This document shows, one piece after another, positions 47,751 to 64,000 of a stretch of 64,000 bases of DNA. Position numbers and translations under genes: made by a program. The notes beneath the pieces were generated by a model. That model was not told the DNA's origin. It worked only from the letters and a program-made list of their open reading frames with translations, and made no database searches. Positions within the stretch are counted from its first letter, which is position 1, and the number at the start of each line of letters is the position of its first letter. The stretch is from Raillietiella orientalis (lineage: Eukaryota), in NCBI GenBank assembly GCA_036172245.1, contig JAYWIR010000001.1, forward strand, positions 558,001 to 622,000, written 5' to 3'.

Positions 47751-50389
47751 CGCGGAGGTGCGCTCGCGGCACCGGCGCCAGCCCGGAGGTCATTTCCCGG
47801 GCTTCGTCGAGCGGTTGCTTGCGGTGACCTCGGCTGAGTGCCCGCCCGTACTGCTGTTGCCGCCTCTGCCACTACTGCCGGGCTCGGGCAGCATTCCGGT
47901 CAGACCCGGGAGAGGCGGCGCTTGCACGCAAAGTCGTCCCCCAGAGAGGTGGCGGGCGAGCGCGCGACGTCACCGTCGCGCAGGCGAGCGACACAACTCG
48001 GTCCCCCGAGGGAAGGATTCACCCCTTCCTCGGGCTGCGCGGGCGACCACGCAGTCGCTCTCGACCGTCGAAGCCGACGGGCGCCTCCTTGCGGGGAAGG
48101 TCGCGTGCAGAGCACCGCTGCTGCGGAAGGGGGAAACTGCCCGGGGGTGGGTGGCTTCGTGTCCACGGGTGACGTCAGCTTCCGCCGGTCCTGGGCCCTC
48201 GACGAAAACGGTCGGCCGCCCTGAGCGCCTCCCTGTCCGTTGCCGCCTCCAGGGCACGGCACGGTCGACGAACGGGGATGGCCGAAGGCCTCGTCGCGCG
48301 CGTAGGGGAGGAAGGCAGAGAGCTTTCCAGGAATGATGGTGGCAACTTTGCGGCTGCGGACCAGGCGCCATGAGCTGCCGCCCTCTCCCCGACGGCGCGA
48401 GGATCTCCGAACGCCTCGTCCGCATCACCGCCGGGAACCTGGCTGGAGCTCTCCTTTTGCCTGTCCCTCAGCTGCAGATCGACTAAGTTCTCCCAGCTGC
48501 CGTCATAGGCGACGGAAGCTGGAAAGTCATCAGACATCTCGCCGTGCATTTTCGAGGAAGAAAAGAACAGTAGAAAAAAAATACAAAACGAAGCCGTAGA
48601 GGCACGTCAGGGGGAAGGCTGGGAGAGTAGCGGAGGGTGAGGTGTCGTTCCTCTCTGCTGGGTGTGCTGTTGACAAAGGGAGGAAAAGATGTGATCCTCT
48701 TAACTCCATAGTCTTCGATCAGGACATACTGTTGTTCCCCTTTTTCTTTTTTCTTTTTTGCCCTACATTCTCTCTTTTTCCTCACGAGCTGGCCGGCAAC
48801 TCAGCACCATCTAACGACTGTGCACGAAACTACCCTCCACGCTCTTCTCCCGCTGATACCACGATGCGCCCGTGACAGGACCGCCTGCACGGTGCGACTC
48901 CGATTCCAGGCACCAACTGCGCCACAGAATACGGGAATCCTTCCCGCCTCAGTTGACGGGACGCGCGAAAGGTTCCCCAGCCGGCATGGACGAGAATCAG
49001 GCACTAGGCCTGACTCCGGCGTGCAAAGGAGGGGCACCTCTACACCGGGGGCGGCAGGAAGAGCTGCAAAGCGGGATGAACAGGGGATGCGTCGCCCTGC
49101 CTTCTACCGGCCCGCTGCGTGGAGGCAAAGACGGCAGCAGCCGGAGTCCCTGTAGCGAGAGGGCCGACCACGGCTGCCCTATGGGGAGTTGCGCGCTCCG
49201 CTTCCCTCGCCCGAGAAGTTCCCACAGAGGCGCCCCCTACGAAAAGCCTCGCTAGAACACCAGATGGCATGTTCCTACTGTGGAGGGTTCGCGTGCGGCA
49301 CACACGCGGTCAGGCCCATATGTGAGGCAGTGCATGGTGCGGCGCGCGTTGTTGCTGAGCAGTGCACACGCGCCGACTCGCGGCCGGACCAGTGGCGCCG
49401 CCGCGGTTTGCACCCCGGTGCTCGCACAACCGTCCACTTCTGCACCGGAAACCCCGAGGTCCTTCTCAACACCCTCGCCCTCTGGCCGTCCTTGGGAGAG
49501 CGTTCCGTACCATGGACCGCGTCCTCGGCGGCAGCACAGGGAGCGAAACCGAAAGGTCGTCCTGCCAGAGATCACGCGCTCTTCGGCGGAGCTGCGGCGG
49601 CGACGGCGGCTCGCGGAGGGACCCTTCCTTCCCCGGTGGGCGCCCAGCCTGCTGTTCCTCGGGCACAGGGAGACTCCGGCCGTCCCGAGCGGCGCCTCCG
49701 TCCCCGGACGAGCTGCTGAACGCTTCTCCCCGAGGGAGCGCGCTCTACCCGGGGATTCCCACGAAAGCTGGTCCGCGGACATGGTTGCGCAGGCGCCACC
49801 CACCAGTGCGGGGGTTAGCGCTCGCAGGCCGACCAGCCGGCCGCGCGTGTACTGCAGCTCCTTGCTCGCCGAGGCACGGGAAGCGGACCGACAGCGGCGA
49901 AGAGGAAGGAGGAAGAAGTTCCAGAGTTCCTTCCTCCCACCCGTCGAGAGAGCAGCTGCCCGTCGTGTTGCCTGCTTGCCCAGCTGTTCCTTCCTCCCTT
50001 CATCACGACGCGAAGCGACTGAGAAATCGCTAATTGGCGGCTTCCGATGTTCGCCACGGATATTTTCGGACCGCCAGGGGAAGACCGACTGCCCCGTTGA
50101 AAGGAGCGCCATCCGATCTCCTCTCCGCCCCTCTGATTCGAACGCAAAGTGCCCCTCCCCCCCCCCCCCCCCCGATACTAACGCCCCTGTCGTTAATGAA
50201 CCTCCTCGCGTTGAAAACGCTTCGCTCTTGCGGCGTGGGTCTTAAAAGTTCCAGCACCGTGGAAGATTCTGGCGGAAAGAAGTGAACGATTTCCCAACCC
50301 AACGAGATAAGGCGCCCTTGATCTGGGAAACCGCTGATAACACCTTTTCCTTTCTTTCCAGTTTTTGCGATGCTTCTTTCCTCGGCGGT

Positions 50390-50660
50390 TCGGTTTCTGG
50401 GAGACCGGCGTTCGTTGCCGACGCCCGCGTTACGCGGGACGCCATGAACCGGGAACCTCTTCCTCTTCCTCCCGGCAACAGCTTTCAGGCCTGCTTCCGT
50501 CAATGCCACCTCCGCATCCGTGCTCTCGAGGCGCGCGAACATCCCCACTTTGGAGTCAAAGAAAATCTCCAGGGATTCCCGTTTCCCTCCTTTTGGGTTT
50601 TCCTTCAAACCTTCTGGACTCCCCTTCGAAACGGTAGAGGCATCCGCTTTCATCTTTGCC
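50390..50660 (-). mobile_element. Eroded RNase H relic
   Basis: Minus-strand STDAEVALTEAGLKAV (STxAELxAxxxAL) and FPVHGVPRNAGVGNER (xWVPxHxGxxGNExAD). Confidence 0.45.
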
Positions 50661-52619
50661 CCTAAAAGGCAGGAGTTTTCTGAAGGGGTGACGTCGCCAA
50701 GTGGAGTCACAGCCACGAAGCGAGGATGGCATCCAGAATTGCGCTCTTGCACATGGTTCGGAGACAATCCTCCTGGACGCTGCGCTGCAGCGGCAAACCA
50801 TTTCAGTGGACCGCAGAGTTCCCTCTGCAGGAAACTGGGATTTCCTGCACGTCCCCACGTGTTGCGTGTTCCCTCACAGAGGCCGTGGAGTCTCGAGCAT
50901 GCACCAGCAAGGACCTGGTTTGAAGACTTGCCCGTCCCGTGCGAAAACAAGCAAAGGTGATGAAGCTGAAGTTTTCTGTTGCTCCCGAAAGCGCAAGTGA
51001 TGTCATCCTTGATTTTCTGGTGACTTCATCCATGGAAGTCAAATTTTTTAATGGTAGTGCCGTTTTCATGCAGAGGGCTTTTTTTTCTTAACCCGTAGTT
51101 GCGAGCAAGTTTTTACTCTATACCCACTCTCCCATCTCCTTCAATTCCATGGTGTTGATCGGAAATGCTGCTGTGAGCATTTTCTGCAGAAAACGAATTT
51201 GCTGAATTGTGTAGTACAAGCCTGAGGCACTGGTCGTTGTGCCAGTAAGCGGCACTATTCTCACGACTTGAGATCAGAAAACAGTGCTTTGAGCGCCCAG
51301 GATTTAAACGTATTCTCACCGCAGTCGTGGTTGCTAGTTTCATTATGAAGCCGAAAAAAGCGCGGAATTCTCACCGGAATAAGTGGAAACCTCTTCCTTG
51401 CTGGAATCAAAAGTTCAAGATTTTTCGCATTTCTAGTACGTACGAACAAGGTATGATATTAATAGACCAACAGCACTCAAAGTCTCAGATAAAAAGAAAT
51501 GCTGTCATAGTCAAAATCAAATTCCATTTCTTTAACTCGAAAGTACTGACGTCAAAATATCTCCCTTGCTAATTTTGTATGTGCGTGTTTTTAAACCAAA
51601 ATGAATGGCCATTTTTCAATGTTTCAGGAATAATGCAGCGTGGAACTGACAAGAAAATGACATGTTTCCATTCCATTTGATGATCCATCAGTACGTGCTT
51701 TTTTCACAGGAATTTCCAAGATGTTTTCAATCAATAAACTTCCTGAGAGACTTTTTAGTGTAAAATCTACACACTAACGTGTGGTGAAATCGCCTTCCAT
51801 ATTTTTTTTCTTTGTAGGATTATTTGCGTTCATATTTCAATACTCATACAGTTGCTTTTCCCAAAAGGAGACGCAAAAAAAGAGAGAAAGAAAGAAAATG
51901 ATTTAGTGAGGCTTTTAAATTCCAGTTATTTTTTAAATGTTTAATGGCACAGTCTGTATGTTTCCAGGACATTCTTTATATCATTTGCAAACAAAATTCT
52001 CAATAAGAGCATTCAGAATGCAACATTACGCTGCAAACAACAATTAGTAAAATATTATTACTGATCATGGCTTGAGGTCTTGAAGAGCACTTTAGAACTG
52101 CTGCTACTTATAAAAGCTATAATGTATGATAATCAGTAGTGTTTCATTCGTGATAGATTTGATTCTTCTAAAATTAACGTATAAATTTGTTGTGGTTTGG
52201 TTAAGTTTGGTTTGTATAAGTTTGGTTATTTCTTTTAACAGGTCTGAGAAAAAGGAAAAAACCACACACGACAGCACGGAAAGAATGAGACGAGGATCTC
52301 GAATCATTAGTTCACACAAGAGTTGACATTAGTTATTATTGTAAGATTATCGTATTTATTAGTAAGAATTAGATTTACATTATTTAATTCAAGGTGAACA
52401 TTTGAAAACTTGATTTCCAACTTCACAACCTTATCCTTGAACTTCATTTCTACAAATTGACGCTCAAAACCGTAAAAAGTTAATGCTCACATTGTAATCT
52501 GGCAATCCTAAATATGTTGACGGGAAACATCTGAGAATTAAATAAGATTGCGATTCGGTTTGTGTTTGAAATGTGCAAAGTCTTGACAGTGATTGTGGTT
52601 ATGTAAAATTCATCTGTAC

Positions 52620-64000
<11,381 letters not shown>

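Noticed and set aside
48470..48540. Minus-strand hammerhead, SECIS or C/D snoRNA (CTGATGA + hairpin + GAACTTAGTC, with CTGA downstream)
   Set aside because: The hairpin is real, but the core has GAAC rather than GAAA and stem I does not pair. The SECIS GA quartet and AA loop are out of register, and the C/D terminal stem geometry is wrong. An Infernal/Rfam scan would settle it.
49270..49800. Additional + strand RNase H relic (VHFCTGNPEVLLNTL; LPGDSHESWSADMVA)
   Set aside because: Suggestive but too degenerate and too widely spaced to list as a feature without a profile search.
1..51000. Hundreds of long Arg/Pro/Gly/Ala-rich ORFs in all six frames (e.g. 3283-4812, 8996-10330, 12247-13587, 39898-41166, 46598-47872)
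   Set aside because: Expected from stop-codon scarcity at very high GC and in purine/pyrimidine tracts. They overlap on both strands and lack domains; the real genes here are spliced.

Overview
Eukaryotic genomic DNA from an invertebrate animal (arthropod-like; this is an inference). Most ORFs in the supplied track are GC-content artefacts, and the real genes are spliced. The window has two compositional domains: a very GC/CpG-rich domain (about 1-51 kb) and an AT-rich domain (about 51-64 kb). Supported genes are all on the + strand: (1) the last exons of an L-type Cav1 calcium channel alpha-1 subunit, ending at 2020; (2) a single-exon 144-aa Cys/Pro-rich protein (11416-11850); (3) a multi-exon ephexin-family DH-PH-SH3 RhoGEF (about 23094-46137, with a probable non-coding first exon near 17 kb); (4) the NMD kinase SMG1 (about 52620 to beyond 64000, many introns of about 50 nt). 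Introns and intergenic DNA of the GC-rich domain carry many eroded relics of RNase H-encoding LINEs, a tRNA-headed SINE-like family (3 copies), a duplicated segment of about 225 bp, polypurine/polypyrimidine tracts, several near-perfect hairpins and an AT-rich island. Splice signals hint at an unannotated minus-strand gene diverging from a 16.2-17.1 kb promoter. All homology calls were made by eye from remembered family motifs, not from searches, and relic boundaries are approximate. I found no CRISPR array, rRNA or intact tRNA, and no clearly demonstrable new system; the best leads are listed as findings.
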